Origin: a virus
DNA length: 64,000 bases
IMG/VR virus record: IMGVR_UViG_3300017613_000793
Coordinates: 5,195-69,194 of that record
Direction: 5' to 3' (one strand)
The notes below the pieces were generated by a model. The model saw nothing but the letters and a program-made list of their open reading frames with translations. It did no database searches and was not told where the DNA came from. Below are positions 34,603 through 45,627 of this stretch, one piece after another. Position 1 is the stretch's first letter. Every line of letters starts with the position of its first letter. The position numbers and the translations under genes were made by a program.

Positions 34603-35619
34603 TTACCTCATTGTTTCAGCTAAAACCTGTGCTGAATAAAGGTCTTTATCTGTCTTAGATATTGACTCTATTTCTAAATCGTTTGACATTGTAACATAAT
34701 AAGTTTTCTTCCACCAGAATTTTTCATTTTCACAAATCCAGAACTCACCACCTCTACCTCTATCTTCAAAGATACCTTCTAAGCTTTCTCTGTCACTATC
34801 AGACAACCACTCTAAGCTGTATTGAATCTTCCTATATTGAGGTTCAGGAATAGCTCTAATTTGTCCGGGCAGTGAAGTGAATTTCTCACCATCTTCTGCA
34901 AAAGCTTTTACTATTTTTTTACTTACGTTAGCTTCCGGCTCCCAATAATCCCCAAGAAAAATTCGCCCAACTCTATGATGGTAAGTACAGTATGGACATT
35001 GGTCCTTATCCCCTCTTATGGCAACACCTGTTTCATCATCTGTATCAATATACAAACGCCAATACCTATAACTTTGAACACTGTCCCAAAATTTCACAAG
35101 AGGATATTCTGGATGAGTTACTTCAAGAGATACATCAACAGGTGGTGAAGTCCAAATGTCAGATGTGTTGGCTTGAATCCTAATATCAGCATTTGGAAGC
35201 CACCAATGGAAATTTAGAATAAAGGCTTTTACATCTTGTGCTGAACCTAAATCTGCAACAAGGGTTTGCTCTCCACCAACAGTTGTCCTCCAGTGCCAGT
35301 GAACCCACCTATGCTGAGTCCTGTTCGCCCAAAATTCTGGTTGTTCTGAAGAGGCAGTCAATGTAGCTTGGTCCCAAAGATTGTTCCATAGGAATCTTAC
35401 TTTTGTCCAATCTCTTTCAACAGGCTCAACAAGTGCATCTCTCCATTGCCACCACACATAATTCTGTTCTGGAAATTCATGGAACGGAACGAATCTCCAA
35501 TACTCCAGGATTTCTGGATAACCCACAGGAGAACTGCGAGTTATTGCTCCAGGATAAGTAATAGGATATGGAACAAATCTAGCCATTCCTATTTTATCTT
35601 CAAACACACTTGTGGTCAT
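34603..35619 (-). CDS. Minor tail protein with discoidin-like domain
   Basis: ASSE, DLGSAQDV, YRYWRL motifs; paralog of 36841..37596. Confidence 0.65.
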   Translation of the reverse strand: MTTSVFEDKIGMARFVPYPITYPGAITRSSPVGYPEILEYWRFVPFHEFPEQNYVWWQWRDALVEPVERDWTKVRFLWNNLWDQATLTASSEQPEFWANRTQHRWVHWHWRTTVGGEQTLVADLGSAQDVKAFILNFHWWLPNADIRIQANTSDIWTSPPVDVSLEVTHPEYPLVKFWDSVQSYRYWRLYIDTDDETGVAIRGDKDQCPYCTYHHRVGRIFLGDYWEPEANVSKKIVKAFAEDGEKFTSLPGQIRAIPEPQYRKIQYSLEWLSDSDRESLEGIFEDRGRGGEFWICENEKFWWKKTYYVTMSNDLEIESISKTDKDLYSAQVLAETMR

Positions 35620-35620
35620 A

Positions 35621-36841
35621 TTAACTTATACTCAATTTCAATCTAGCAATTTTGGCTTCTTGTGTTGTTCCTGCACCTGGGTTACAACGAAGCCAAAAGG
35701 GGCGTTCCTGATTTTCTACGAAAGTACCAACAGCAGCAGATGAACCCCAAGTTCCAGGTGCTCCAGAGGAATCAGGTGCTATTTGAAGGATGTCATCTGC
35801 GTCACCTCTATTATCTGAAATGATTTGGATGGTGACTGTCCCTGCTTCTGCTTCAAGTGCTCTGATATAATATTTCACTCCTGCTGAAACTCTGTCTTTT
35901 GGCACTGAACCCAGAGACATAGGCGAGTCCAGTCTCTCACCACTTTGGTCTAAATATACAAACCGTATTCTTGGAGTATAAGTAACAAAACAGTTTCCAT
36001 GAGCTGTGTCAGGTAGAGCTAGATATTCAGACCACGTTTCTGCCGTACAATCAAACTTATAAATAGTTTCATCGGTCCAGTTGTGAAAATAAATATAATT
36101 GTCTCCGTCCCAAGACATGCAATTCACTGCGTGGTCTGACGGAGCGGGTCCAGGAGGGTCGCCAACAATTGACCACGTGTTTGTGGAAACATTATATTTC
36201 CGAAAATCATCTGTAGAACCTCCGAACAAATAATAAATATATTCTGTCCCTGAACCATCTGCCCAAACCAAAGGTCCAGTATTGCCAATAAAAGGTGCTA
36301 CCGTACGAGAAGTCCATCCTGTAAGCCATGAATATCTCCAAAAAGCTGTACTAGAGTTAGATTGTAAAGTATAAAAAGTGCCGGGGTCATTCGTTGCCCA
36401 CGGTGGAATAGAAGCCATCCCTCCAGAATACGCCATAGAAGTACCTAGATTTTCTGGAATCACAAAGGTTTGTTTCGTGCCATAACTATAGCCTCCAAAC
36501 CCCATTGGTGAATCTACTCCCCCTTGCCAAATAATACCTAAACGATAATCAGACATCAGCCCTTTTGGGCCTATCCAGGAATCCACATCACAAGGCCAAT
36601 CATCAACACTCTCATCAAAAAGATTTATCCGCTTGAACTTTGACACAGAATGATTGTGGTGGAGCCAAAGGTGATACGCACCATCCCAAATTGCCCCATG
36701 TGTTGCATTTGCATCGAAGGAACCCCACTCATACACAGAAGGATTATATTCTCCTTCCGCTATATTATATCTGCCAATCCACTTCTCCAAGGCATCATTA
36801 TCATCGTATCCTATCCAAAGACTCTCATCTATTGCTGCCAT
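35621..36841 (-). CDS. Kelch/beta-propeller-like tail protein
   Basis: Repeated IY...GG....F..Y....TW pattern. Confidence 0.6.
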   Translation of the reverse strand: MAAIDESLWIGYDDNDALEKWIGRYNIAEGEYNPSVYEWGSFDANATHGAIWDGAYHLWLHHNHSVSKFKRINLFDESVDDWPCDVDSWIGPKGLMSDYRLGIIWQGGVDSPMGFGGYSYGTKQTFVIPENLGTSMAYSGGMASIPPWATNDPGTFYTLQSNSSTAFWRYSWLTGWTSRTVAPFIGNTGPLVWADGSGTEYIYYLFGGSTDDFRKYNVSTNTWSIVGDPPGPAPSDHAVNCMSWDGDNYIYFHNWTDETIYKFDCTAETWSEYLALPDTAHGNCFVTYTPRIRFVYLDQSGERLDSPMSLGSVPKDRVSAGVKYYIRALEAEAGTVTIQIISDNRGDADDILQIAPDSSGAPGTWGSSAAVGTFVENQERPFWLRCNPGAGTTQEAKIARLKLSIS

Positions 36842-37596
36842 TATCTCATTTCCTCTAGCTCTATAGGTAAGCTAAACCATTCATCTAAACCTAAGTGTTC
36901 CAAGTCCCAATCAGTGGCATTCTGAACATAATATGTTGTCCCACTTGTATCAGCATCTTGTGTTATAAAATAAGGAATACTTTGTCCAACTGCATTAAAA
37001 ATATCCTCAAAAGTAACATCATCTGGTGTGTGCACAAACTGAAAATAATACTGAAGCATTCTATAGTGTGCCTTTTGATTTACTGATACCTGCCCACCAC
37101 TGGAATAGGCTTTCACAGAAGGGTCTCTCATGGTGTACCTATAATCATTTGTAAAATTGTATTCCGGTGAAAAATAAGTGCCCAAAAATAACCGACCTAT
37201 CCTTATATATGTGTCAGGATTAGAAGCATCCACCAAGCTAACTCTCCACCACCTGTAAGACTCTACTGAAGACAAAAAGTGAACAATCGTTTCAGTGGTA
37301 ACAGTAACCGTTGCATCCACTGATGGTGAACCCCAAGAGTCTGTTGCATTCCCCTGGAGTTTAACTGTTGCGGAACCTGTAAGGTTATGATACTTCATAA
37401 CCAACGCTTGAACATCCTTGGCTTCCGATAAATCTATCTTAACCCATTCAGCCGTATCATCTGTAGAACGCCAATGTCTTGTATGCCATCGGTTTACTAT
37501 ATTTGCCAAAGGAAAATCACTTTCGGCTGAAGAAGCACTTTTTGTGTGAGCTTCATCATCCCAATAATTATTCCACATGAACCTTATATTTTCCAT
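36841..37596 (-). CDS. Distal tail protein with discoidin-like domain
   Basis: Directly after the tape measure gene; WRS, DLSEAKDV, YRWWRV motifs. Confidence 0.65.
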   Translation of the reverse strand: MENIRFMWNNYWDDEAHTKSASSAESDFPLANIVNRWHTRHWRSTDDTAEWVKIDLSEAKDVQALVMKYHNLTGSATVKLQGNATDSWGSPSVDATVTVTTETIVHFLSSVESYRWWRVSLVDASNPDTYIRIGRLFLGTYFSPEYNFTNDYRYTMRDPSVKAYSSGGQVSVNQKAHYRMLQYYFQFVHTPDDVTFEDIFNAVGQSIPYFITQDADTSGTTYYVQNATDWDLEHLGLDEWFSLPIELEEMR

Positions 37597-37597
37597 G

Positions 37598-40500
37598 TTA
37601 TCCTCTCACTTGTCCGGTAGGTACTCTCACATGACCTTTTTCAATTTTCTTTACTACGAAGTTGACTATGGTCTCATGCTCCCTTGGTATAACCACAGGC
37701 TCAATATGCACCTGGATATTACCTGCTCCAGCTTGGTGCTCACCTCTTTCAACCTCATCCTTTTTCCACACCTTAACATACTCACCTTTATGAGCCATGA
37801 ACGGTTGTGTAGGTTGTCTGATTAATCCTTCAAAACCACCCTGAGCACTTTGTACTTGTCTCCTCTTTTTCTTTTTACCACCATCACCTGTTTGTGCCTG
37901 ACCTTTTACATTATAATCAACATCTACTGTAAGGTCAGGAGCTTCAAGAGAATCAAGTGCATCCTGAACACCATAAACATCTGATTCCATATCACTAAAT
38001 TTATCTGTCAATTTTTCAGCATCAGTGCTCATCTTAGAAAATGTTGCATCTGCTATTGTACCTAAGATTTCCATAGCACCTGTAACACCTGAACCATGAA
38101 CTGAGTGCTCCAGTTCATTCATCTTATCTATAGATTCCTGCATGGCTTCCGGTATGTCTGCACCAAGTGCTTGAATTATCAAACCAAATCCTGCCAACAT
38201 AACATCCGTTGTTGACTGTTGTTCGTCACCCATTAGTCCAGCTTGCTCTGCTTGGTCAATCAACTTTTGAGTTCCTTTATCAATCTCAAGTCCATGCTGT
38301 TCTGCATAGTATTTCAACTGTTGCAGTGTTGGAGCCATCTGTGCCAACGCTTGGTTAGAATCCATTCCAGCCTTCATTAACTGTTTGTAGTAGTTCTTAG
38401 TCTTCTGTCCTGCATCCATCATAGCTTGCTGTGTTAGACTTCCAGTATTGCCCAAGGCATTCATTATCGCAAGGTTTCCATCTATAGCATTGAACAACTT
38501 CTGGTGCTCTTGCTGAATCTCTCTGATTTTTAAAAGCTCCTGGATTGCTTCACCACCCTTAATACCCATCTCTTCCTGAGCCAAAATAAGTTGGTCCAAA
38601 GTTCCACCAATAGAGTTCATAGCTTCAGAGTAGCTTGCTCCATTTGCAATCATAGCATTAAACACTGACAGAGCCTGTGACTCCAGGTTCATCATGTTCC
38701 TTTTTGCTTTGTTTGAGATATTATCCAATTTGCTATTTGTTGCATCCAACTCAGTCTGAAGGTCTTTGTATGCCTGACTTCCATGGTCTTTAATTTTATC
38801 CATTTGGGCAATGATGTCTTCCTGCTTATCTTTCCACTCTTTAAACTTATCAATTGGAAGCTGGTCTGCCATAGCCTGGAGTCCTTCACTAGCACTCATA
38901 GCTTTCTGTGTGGTGATTCCCAATTGGTCATTAATATATTCTGTAACTGCACCAACCTCTAACCCAGATTCTTTAACCCGGTTCATAAAATCTACCATGG
39001 CCTTAGAGCCTTCTAATCCGAACTCCTGTGCACCTTTCAGTAATGTCTCAAACTGGTCACCAAGTCCTTCTGATGCTGTCTCAGCGTCAACCAATCCCTG
39101 CTTATATGCATCAATCAAACCATGTGCTTGACCCCACAATTTATTAATATTATCCTGTGTAATCCCAACGTCCTTCATCACCTTATCAAAGTGAATTGCT
39201 CCTGCTACCCAACCACCAAACTCCTTCCGGCTTTCTGCAATAGCCTTTGCTGTTGAATCTGAAATGTCACCAAGCTCACTAAAAGTTTTCTTAGCTTCTT
39301 CCACCTGTTGGTTGAACTGCTCCAACAGTCTCTGCTCTTCTGTCTTTGGTGGGAGTTTCTTTTTAAATATACCACCTAACAACCCACCTGCTATTGAACC
39401 AATTGCCTTCCCCAGTGGTCCAAAAATTCCACCGATGGTTGAACCTATGGATGCACCAAGAGATGCAAAATTATTTTTAGTCTTTGAAATGAATGAACCT
39501 ATTTGCCCACCAAGCTTTCCAAGTATAGGTGATATTGCACCCAACACTTCACCAACACCCTTAACACCCTGCTTCACAGCACTTACAGCTTGTTGAACTG
39601 CTATACCAACACCAGATATAAACTGCCCTAAATCACCACCAACTTCACTACCAAGTATATCTATAAACTGACCAAGCTTTTCAAACTCAGCAGTCAAATC
39701 TCTACTTCCTTCTTTGGATTTCTTTAGAAGGTCTTTGTACATAAGTTCCCACTCTTCTGGAACTTCTATTCTAAGCTGTTTATATAGTGTGATTATTCTT
39801 TTAACTGTCTGAAGTTGAGAACCTTCAAACACATCAGTTGTTGTCATAACTTCTCTAAAACCTGCTTCTAATCCTGCAAGCTGTTTTCTCATATCTTGTT
39901 TAAACGTAAGACCCAAAGCCTTTGCTATAGCCTTTACCCGGTCCATACTCTTGTAGACATTTTTACCTTCTTCGTCTACACCCATGAAACCTTGATGGAC
40001 ATTCTTTAATGTACCCGGCACTAACTCCAGAATCTTCCTTGTATCTTTAATCTTTGGTTCTAACACAGAAATAGTCTTATCAGCATTATCTAATGATTGA
40101 ATCCAACCCTCTATTGCCTGAGGCATGTCCTTACCAAATACTTCTTCAAACGTTTTACCTTGAGCGTACAACTTTCTAATTGTGCCTTCAAAAAGTTTCA
40201 AAATTTCCTCAGAATCACCACCCTTAGCTTCTAGCTCTGCCATTGCTTGAGCAATACCCTTAGTACCATCAGTAAGGTCTTTAGCAGTTGGAGCAACAGC
40301 CTTTATGGTGTCAACAAATTTTCTCCACTCTGCATTAGCTTCTGCGGTTGCTTCTTCCGTCTTCACCATTGCTTGTACAAGCTTCTCAATACTTGCTGGA
40401 ACTTCTATTCCAGCATCCGTGTACTTTTTCATCAACTCCGCTAATTGTTTTGTAGCTCCTTTGTATGATATTTTTCCTGTTTCATACATCTTTAACAAAG

Positions 40501-42682
40501 CACTACTTTGGTCATCCAAACTTTCTTTCAGTGATTTTCCAGCAGGAATAAGTTTTTTAACTGTGCCTATTAACCCACCAAAAAGTTTATTGGCAAAGTC
40601 TGCACCTTCTCCTGATTCTATAAAAGCCTGTGCCCAAGCTCTAGTCTCTTCAGTTAAAACTACTGTAACTCCTTTTGCTTCATTCTTAACAGAATCAAAA
40701 CCATCCTTAAAATCTTTCTTCCACTTCTTCCAGAATTGTGCCTTCTCAATGGCATTTTTTACCCAATCAACAGCTTTTTTAATTTCATTAAATACACCTT
40801 TCCAGAATGCAATTAACAACTCACCATACTTCTTCCATATAGCAAAAATCCCTTTTGCCCAACCACCAACAAACTTAATAAAGAAAGCACCAATAGGTTT
40901 TAACACCACCAGGACTTGTCTCATAGGCCACGTCAAAATATCTAATACCTTCTTTGCCCAATCTGGAAGGAAACCACTTATAGCATTCATTGCTCCAGCA
41001 AAAACGGCACGTATATTAGTCCACAAGTCCACAAAGAATTTCTTCACTTTGTCCCAATGCTTTATCAACATATATCCAGCAAGAGCCAATGCTGTGATAC
41101 CTGCAATTACCAAACCAACTGGACCTGTACCTACCACCAAGTGTACCAATTTTGCTCCAAGAGCTTTAACACCTTTACCCATATGCTTAAAAACTTTCTG
41201 AAAAAGTGTAGCATTACCTTCTGCAGTTTTTCCAAGTATTCCTAACTTAACTATCAAACTGTGTATAGCAGTAGATGTAGTGTCTGCCCACTTTGTAACT
41301 TTGCCAATAGCAAATAATGTAACAAGAACCTTTGTAACTGTAATGATAGTTTCTCTAAAATCAACAAGCCACTTAATAACTTTACCAATAGACTGCCCAA
41401 GCTTTGTACCAAATTCAATTGCCCTTTTCTGAAGCTCTTCCATAGATTTTGTTACATCTTCAGTATTTAAAATTGCTTCCTGAAATGGTGCTACCATACC
41501 TTCCCAAATAGCTATTTTAAATTTGTCAAGAATAGTTTTTAAAATCTTGAGCATTGCATCTGCGTTCTGTAATTGTTTTACAAGTGCAGATGTTGTAGCT
41601 GTTCCATCGGCCTTAGCTTTTGACATCATTTCAACAGACTCTACATAAGTGTCCATCTTATCACCAGCCAACGCAAAGATACCCATCAATGCACGGACAT
41701 TTCCAAACATTGCTGTCATAGCATCAACATTATCTCCAGCCTTTTCGTTGACATGAACTAACCAATCAGCAAAACCCATCTCTGCCAAAGAAGCAGAATC
41801 AAACGCAATTCCAAGGTCTTTTGCTACCTTCACTGCATCTGTAGTTGGCTTCAATACAGAAATTAAAACCTGACGTAAAGCCACAGTAGATGTATTAACA
41901 TCAATTCCCTGTTTGGTCATTGTTGCCATAGCTCCTGCTATTTCTTCAAACTCCACCCCAACCTGAGATGCAATTGGTACAATAGTTCCAATGGCTCCTG
42001 CCAACGTTTCATATGTCAGCTTACCTTCCTGAATAGTCTTAAACATAATATCAGAAATTTCATTTGCTGAATATGCTTCTGCACCATAAGCATTATATAC
42101 TGAAGTTAAAGCATCCACACTGGTTGAGATGTCAGTCACCCCGGCTTGTGCACTCTTAGATGCTGTTGCTAGAAAATCAAGTGACTCTGCAACAGGAATA
42201 CTTGCTGACAAAACTTGATACAATCCATCTGACAAACCTTTAGCTCCACCAAGATGTGGAGCCATATTCATCAATCCATCTCGCATATCAGTTATAGACA
42301 TGTTTGTGTCATCAATAGACTGTCCAGTTGTTTTCATCATGGTTGTAGTATTTGCCCACGACCTTTGAAATTCTCTTCCTGTAGTTACCACTGAACCAAG
42401 CATCCTACCAACAAACCGGAACTGTGTTGCAAGTCCCTGAAAGGCTGATACACCAATTGCCACCTGTCCTGCAGTAGACTTTAATATTCCTTTTAACTTA
42501 TCCATGCCAGTTTTACTTTTACCAGCTTGGTCTGCAAACTTCTTTAAAGCCTTCTCTGCATCTTTTGCTTTTCCTTCAAACTGCCCAAGGGTTTTCACAC
42601 CATCCTTGGTTGCTTTCTTGAGTATAGCTGTGCCCTTGTCATCAAATGACAGGATAAACTTTACGTCTTTGGTGTTCGCCAT
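37598..42682 (-). CDS. Tail tape measure protein
   Basis: 1694 aa, helical Ala/Gly-rich, TP901-type core (GLYQVLSA, D.MF.T...G), Trp/Phe-periodic repeats; follows the chaperones. Confidence 0.93.
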   Translation of the reverse strand: MANTKDVKFILSFDDKGTAILKKATKDGVKTLGQFEGKAKDAEKALKKFADQAGKSKTGMDKLKGILKSTAGQVAIGVSAFQGLATQFRFVGRMLGSVVTTGREFQRSWANTTTMMKTTGQSIDDTNMSITDMRDGLMNMAPHLGGAKGLSDGLYQVLSASIPVAESLDFLATASKSAQAGVTDISTSVDALTSVYNAYGAEAYSANEISDIMFKTIQEGKLTYETLAGAIGTIVPIASQVGVEFEEIAGAMATMTKQGIDVNTSTVALRQVLISVLKPTTDAVKVAKDLGIAFDSASLAEMGFADWLVHVNEKAGDNVDAMTAMFGNVRALMGIFALAGDKMDTYVESVEMMSKAKADGTATTSALVKQLQNADAMLKILKTILDKFKIAIWEGMVAPFQEAILNTEDVTKSMEELQKRAIEFGTKLGQSIGKVIKWLVDFRETIITVTKVLVTLFAIGKVTKWADTTSTAIHSLIVKLGILGKTAEGNATLFQKVFKHMGKGVKALGAKLVHLVVGTGPVGLVIAGITALALAGYMLIKHWDKVKKFFVDLWTNIRAVFAGAMNAISGFLPDWAKKVLDILTWPMRQVLVVLKPIGAFFIKFVGGWAKGIFAIWKKYGELLIAFWKGVFNEIKKAVDWVKNAIEKAQFWKKWKKDFKDGFDSVKNEAKGVTVVLTEETRAWAQAFIESGEGADFANKLFGGLIGTVKKLIPAGKSLKESLDDQSSALLKMYETGKISYKGATKQLAELMKKYTDAGIEVPASIEKLVQAMVKTEEATAEANAEWRKFVDTIKAVAPTAKDLTDGTKGIAQAMAELEAKGGDSEEILKLFEGTIRKLYAQGKTFEEVFGKDMPQAIEGWIQSLDNADKTISVLEPKIKDTRKILELVPGTLKNVHQGFMGVDEEGKNVYKSMDRVKAIAKALGLTFKQDMRKQLAGLEAGFREVMTTTDVFEGSQLQTVKRIITLYKQLRIEVPEEWELMYKDLLKKSKEGSRDLTAEFEKLGQFIDILGSEVGGDLGQFISGVGIAVQQAVSAVKQGVKGVGEVLGAISPILGKLGGQIGSFISKTKNNFASLGASIGSTIGGIFGPLGKAIGSIAGGLLGGIFKKKLPPKTEEQRLLEQFNQQVEEAKKTFSELGDISDSTAKAIAESRKEFGGWVAGAIHFDKVMKDVGITQDNINKLWGQAHGLIDAYKQGLVDAETASEGLGDQFETLLKGAQEFGLEGSKAMVDFMNRVKESGLEVGAVTEYINDQLGITTQKAMSASEGLQAMADQLPIDKFKEWKDKQEDIIAQMDKIKDHGSQAYKDLQTELDATNSKLDNISNKAKRNMMNLESQALSVFNAMIANGASYSEAMNSIGGTLDQLILAQEEMGIKGGEAIQELLKIREIQQEHQKLFNAIDGNLAIMNALGNTGSLTQQAMMDAGQKTKNYYKQLMKAGMDSNQALAQMAPTLQQLKYYAEQHGLEIDKGTQKLIDQAEQAGLMGDEQQSTTDVMLAGFGLIIQALGADIPEAMQESIDKMNELEHSVHGSGVTGAMEILGTIADATFSKMSTDAEKLTDKFSDMESDVYGVQDALDSLEAPDLTVDVDYNVKGQAQTGDGGKKKKRRQVQSAQGGFEGLIRQPTQPFMAHKGEYVKVWKKDEVERGEHQAGAGNIQVHIEPVVIPREHETIVNFVVKKIEKGHVRVPTGQVRG

Positions 42683-42694
42683 TATATGCTAACC

Positions 42695-43141
42695 TTAATA
42701 CCTAACCTTTCCGGGTTGTGTCTCCGTGGACCGTCCCTGTTTAGCTTCCTTAGCACGTTCTTGTGCATCTTCCATTTTCTTTTTCTTTTTCTCTCTACGG
42801 TCTTTTGCATCCAATAATGCACTATGTAAAAACATCAGTCTATTATAATAATCTTCCCACAAATCAACATGAATACCATACACCTGAAACACAAATTGTA
42901 TTCCATCTGCAGACATTTCTTTTATTCCTGAGAATGCGTCATATTTTTGTGGTAGAGATTGATAGAGTTCTAGTATGTTCTCATTATCTTGAATTGGTTG
43001 GCTCAGTGTCACCTCACAGTTAGCACAATCGAATGCTTCTGCAACGTGCACCTTTGCACCTTTTTGAAAAGAAGTTGGAGACCCGAACATTTTGCAGGTC
43101 TCACAACTTCGCTTTTTTTCCTTAGAAAGCCACTGAGCCAC
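42695..43141 (-). CDS. Tail assembly chaperone, T segment (-1 frame)
   Basis: Between the G chaperone and tape measure; in the -1 frame after the slippery site. Confidence 0.75.
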   Translation of the reverse strand: MAQWLSKEKKRSCETCKMFGSPTSFQKGAKVHVAEAFDCANCEVTLSQPIQDNENILELYQSLPQKYDAFSGIKEMSADGIQFVFQVYGIHVDLWEDYYNRLMFLHSALLDAKDRREKKKKKMEDAQERAKEAKQGRSTETQPGKVRY

Positions 43142-43605
43142 TATCTTAAATTTTCTTCAAGTTCCTCTTGGCGTTCTGCAACGTGCTTGAAATTTTTAAC
43201 CTCAGTAGCAATATCAATCACCCAAGCTTCAAACTCAAGTGACGCTTCAAGCAAAGCTACTGCCACGTCATGACTAAACTCAATTGGTCTTGCTCCATCC
43301 TCATCTTTGAACTCAACACCCGGAAGGATGTCTGCCAATTTTGAAGGTGTCAAACCTTTCCACTCACGGATAATCTGACGTGCATACTCATCCCTAAGTT
43401 TGTCTTCATTAATTCGTTCTTCTTTCTGTCCGGTCCTTGGATTGCCGTGAATTTCACGTGCTACTTCCCTAATCTGATTTAACACAAATTTAGAAGCGTA
43501 AGCAATCTCCACTTTAAAGTCCTTAATATAAGGACATGAGAACTCGCTGGTCCTCTGAGCTTTTCCGGCCTTCCTAATAAGTCCGGCAAAATCTTTTGAT
43601 TCCAT
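43141..43605 (-). CDS. Tail assembly chaperone G
   Basis: After the tail tube gene; II.EWKG motif; slippery site at its end. Confidence 0.8.
   Translation of the reverse strand: MESKDFAGLIRKAGKAQRTSEFSCPYIKDFKVEIAYASKFVLNQIREVAREIHGNPRTGQKEERINEDKLRDEYARQIIREWKGLTPSKLADILPGVEFKDEDGARPIEFSHDVAVALLEASLEFEAWVIDIATEVKNFKHVAERQEELEENLR
43147..43153 (-). other. Programmed -1 frameshift slippery heptamer A AAT TTA
   Basis: X XXY YYZ in the correct phase just before the final codon and stop; the -1 frame reads AAG ATA GTG GCT into the downstream ORF. Confidence 0.8.
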
Positions 43606-43640
43606 TTACTTTTTCTCCTTGTATGGAATTAGAATATTGA

Positions 43641-43664
43641 GTGAGGTCTATTGCTAGACCTCAC
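43641..43664 (-). terminator. Stem-loop after the tail tube gene
   Basis: GUGAGGUCUA-GCAA-UAGACCUCAC perfect 10-bp hairpin; no strong U-tract. Confidence 0.55.
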
Positions 43665-43675
43665 CCTTGTAAAAA

Positions 43676-44848
43676 TTATTTGAATGTGATTTCAAACTCA
43701 TCATTCAGTGATGCACTGGCAACTCCGCTAAACGGAATTGTCTGTTGGAACTCTTCATCACCAGACAGAGTAGGCGTACCGTACTCCGCATATGGTAGAC
43801 TCAGTTCCATGATGTACCCTGACACATTCCCTGCAGGAATTAGCAGAGCATCAGCAATCTGGTACTCAGCACGGTAGAAGTATGTAGGTCCGGCTTGCAT
43901 AAAATACGCTTCAAGCGTACCTTCAACAGCACGTTTACCCGGTCTTCCAAACCGCTCTGCGGTCCAAACGTTATTTTTTTCATCAACATAATACTTAATG
44001 TTGTTTGTGAGTGTAACGTTACCACTCAACACAATTGCATCCTCACCGTCAATTGTTACCATGCCCAGTTTTCCGTGGACAGGTTCTCCAACTTCCGCTC
44101 CGGCTGTAGGCCACCATGGTGTCACACCTGGGTCTGTACCCTGTGTTGGTGCACCGTCTAGTGCAGGACTGATTGTGAGTGTGTCCGTAGTGTAATTAAC
44201 ATCAGTGATTTCGTATCCTGCTCCACTATTATCGTTATCATCAACCACAATAAACATCCCTATGGTATACCGTAGAGAATTTTTAGGCTTCATCACAATC
44301 TCAGTTTCAGAACCTGAATAGGTTCCGTGTGCTGTTGCTGTTCCTGCCCAACCTTGTTCCATATAATTACCACTCCAGGATGCACCTGAAATAGCATCAC
44401 CGCTCACTCCATGTTCCATGCCCTGAACTGCCGTTCCACGGAAAGAATAGACAGTATGTCCTTTCTTTACCCACATGGAAAAAGCGTCCAACTGGTTAGC
44501 TAGTGAATACACAACACTGGTTCCACCGTTTACAGTCTTCTCTCCCATTGCACAATCATAGAGCACGTCATGCTCTGGGGCTGTGCCCGGAGAACCAGAC
44601 GGCTTCACGTAAGTATTCATACTCCACTCACCGGGGTTCTTCCTTCCCTTAATCTTACTCAGCATAGAAGCTGACGGACGTACCTGCTCATCATCCAAGA
44701 ACTCCTGTTCCTGGGTGAACTCAACTGGTCCAACTGAGAAGATTCTGTCGCTTGTTGTAGGCTTCACTAAAGTTCCACATACAGTTTCTTTCAAAATAAA
44801 ACATTCTTCTTCGTTTGAGAATGCAAAATCTAATGCACAATTTGCCAT
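43676..44848 (-). CDS. Major tail tube protein
   Basis: 390-aa beta-rich protein upstream of the chaperones and tape measure; no sheath gene nearby. Confidence 0.8.
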   Translation of the reverse strand: MANCALDFAFSNEEECFILKETVCGTLVKPTTSDRIFSVGPVEFTQEQEFLDDEQVRPSASMLSKIKGRKNPGEWSMNTYVKPSGSPGTAPEHDVLYDCAMGEKTVNGGTSVVYSLANQLDAFSMWVKKGHTVYSFRGTAVQGMEHGVSGDAISGASWSGNYMEQGWAGTATAHGTYSGSETEIVMKPKNSLRYTIGMFIVVDDNDNSGAGYEITDVNYTTDTLTISPALDGAPTQGTDPGVTPWWPTAGAEVGEPVHGKLGMVTIDGEDAIVLSGNVTLTNNIKYYVDEKNNVWTAERFGRPGKRAVEGTLEAYFMQAGPTYFYRAEYQIADALLIPAGNVSGYIMELSLPYAEYGTPTLSGDEEFQQTIPFSGVASASLNDEFEITFK

Positions 44849-44860
44849 TGTTTACTCCCT

Positions 44861-45178
44861 TTAGACCTCTATATATTTGTATGTTGTCTTTACCTCAAAG
44901 TTCCTATCTAACTTTAGGGCATTGGCAATTCTTTCAGAGACCTCAAATTCCTTCCCTGGGTGGATTCTGCCCACACCGGAAAGTGTAATATCTTTTGCAG
45001 TACCTGTGTACGTTGCCACATGCACATGCTTTCTTTTTCTTTTTGGTTTTTCTTCTACCACTAATTCAGGTTCCGGCACAACTTCCACTAAGGTCTCAAT
45101 TTCAACCTCAGTCACCGTACCATTCACCAATTCTGTAGTAGGTTCATCTTCAGTAGTTTTAATTTCATCTTCACCCAT
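44861..45178 (-). CDS. Hypothetical virion-module protein
   Basis: RBS GGGAG; acidic N-terminus. Confidence 0.6.
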   Translation of the reverse strand: MGEDEIKTTEDEPTTELVNGTVTEVEIETLVEVVPEPELVVEEKPKRKRKHVHVATYTGTAKDITLSGVGRIHPGKEFEVSERIANALKLDRNFEVKTTYKYIEV

Positions 45179-45189
45179 AATTTACTCCC

Positions 45190-45624
45190 TTAGGTTATTT
45201 GCTGGTTCAGGTAATACTTTACCCTCAAGTCAAAATCAATGTTCCACAGTGGCACTTCTCCAAGCACCTTTGAAATGTCAGTTATCCAACATGCCGTAGC
45301 GGTTCCATCGACTCTAAAATCTCCACCAACTTTATCACGTAAGTTCTTCACAAAGGTTTCATAAGTGCTCTGGACATCATCATTCCAGTCCACAAAATAA
45401 AGCCTCAGAACGGTGTCTAAAAATTGTATAGACCTATGACTTGTCATCTCTTCATCGTTTTCTTCTGCAGGTTCTATAAGGTCTATCAAAGGCAGGTTTG
45501 CCTGTGTATATTGTGTGATGTCAATTCCCTCATCACCGTATGACCTAACCACCGTTGTAATCCCGGTCACGGTTGCAAGTAACGTCTCAAGTCCTGATAA
45601 AATATCTCTTCTGTTCAATGCCAT
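45190..45624 (-). CDS. Tail terminator-like protein
   Basis: 144 aa, R..IL..L...L N-terminus, position before the tail tube. Confidence 0.65.
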   Translation of the reverse strand: MALNRRDILSGLETLLATVTGITTVVRSYGDEGIDITQYTQANLPLIDLIEPAEENDEEMTSHRSIQFLDTVLRLYFVDWNDDVQSTYETFVKNLRDKVGGDFRVDGTATACWITDISKVLGEVPLWNIDFDLRVKYYLNQQIT

Positions 45625-45627
45625 AAT

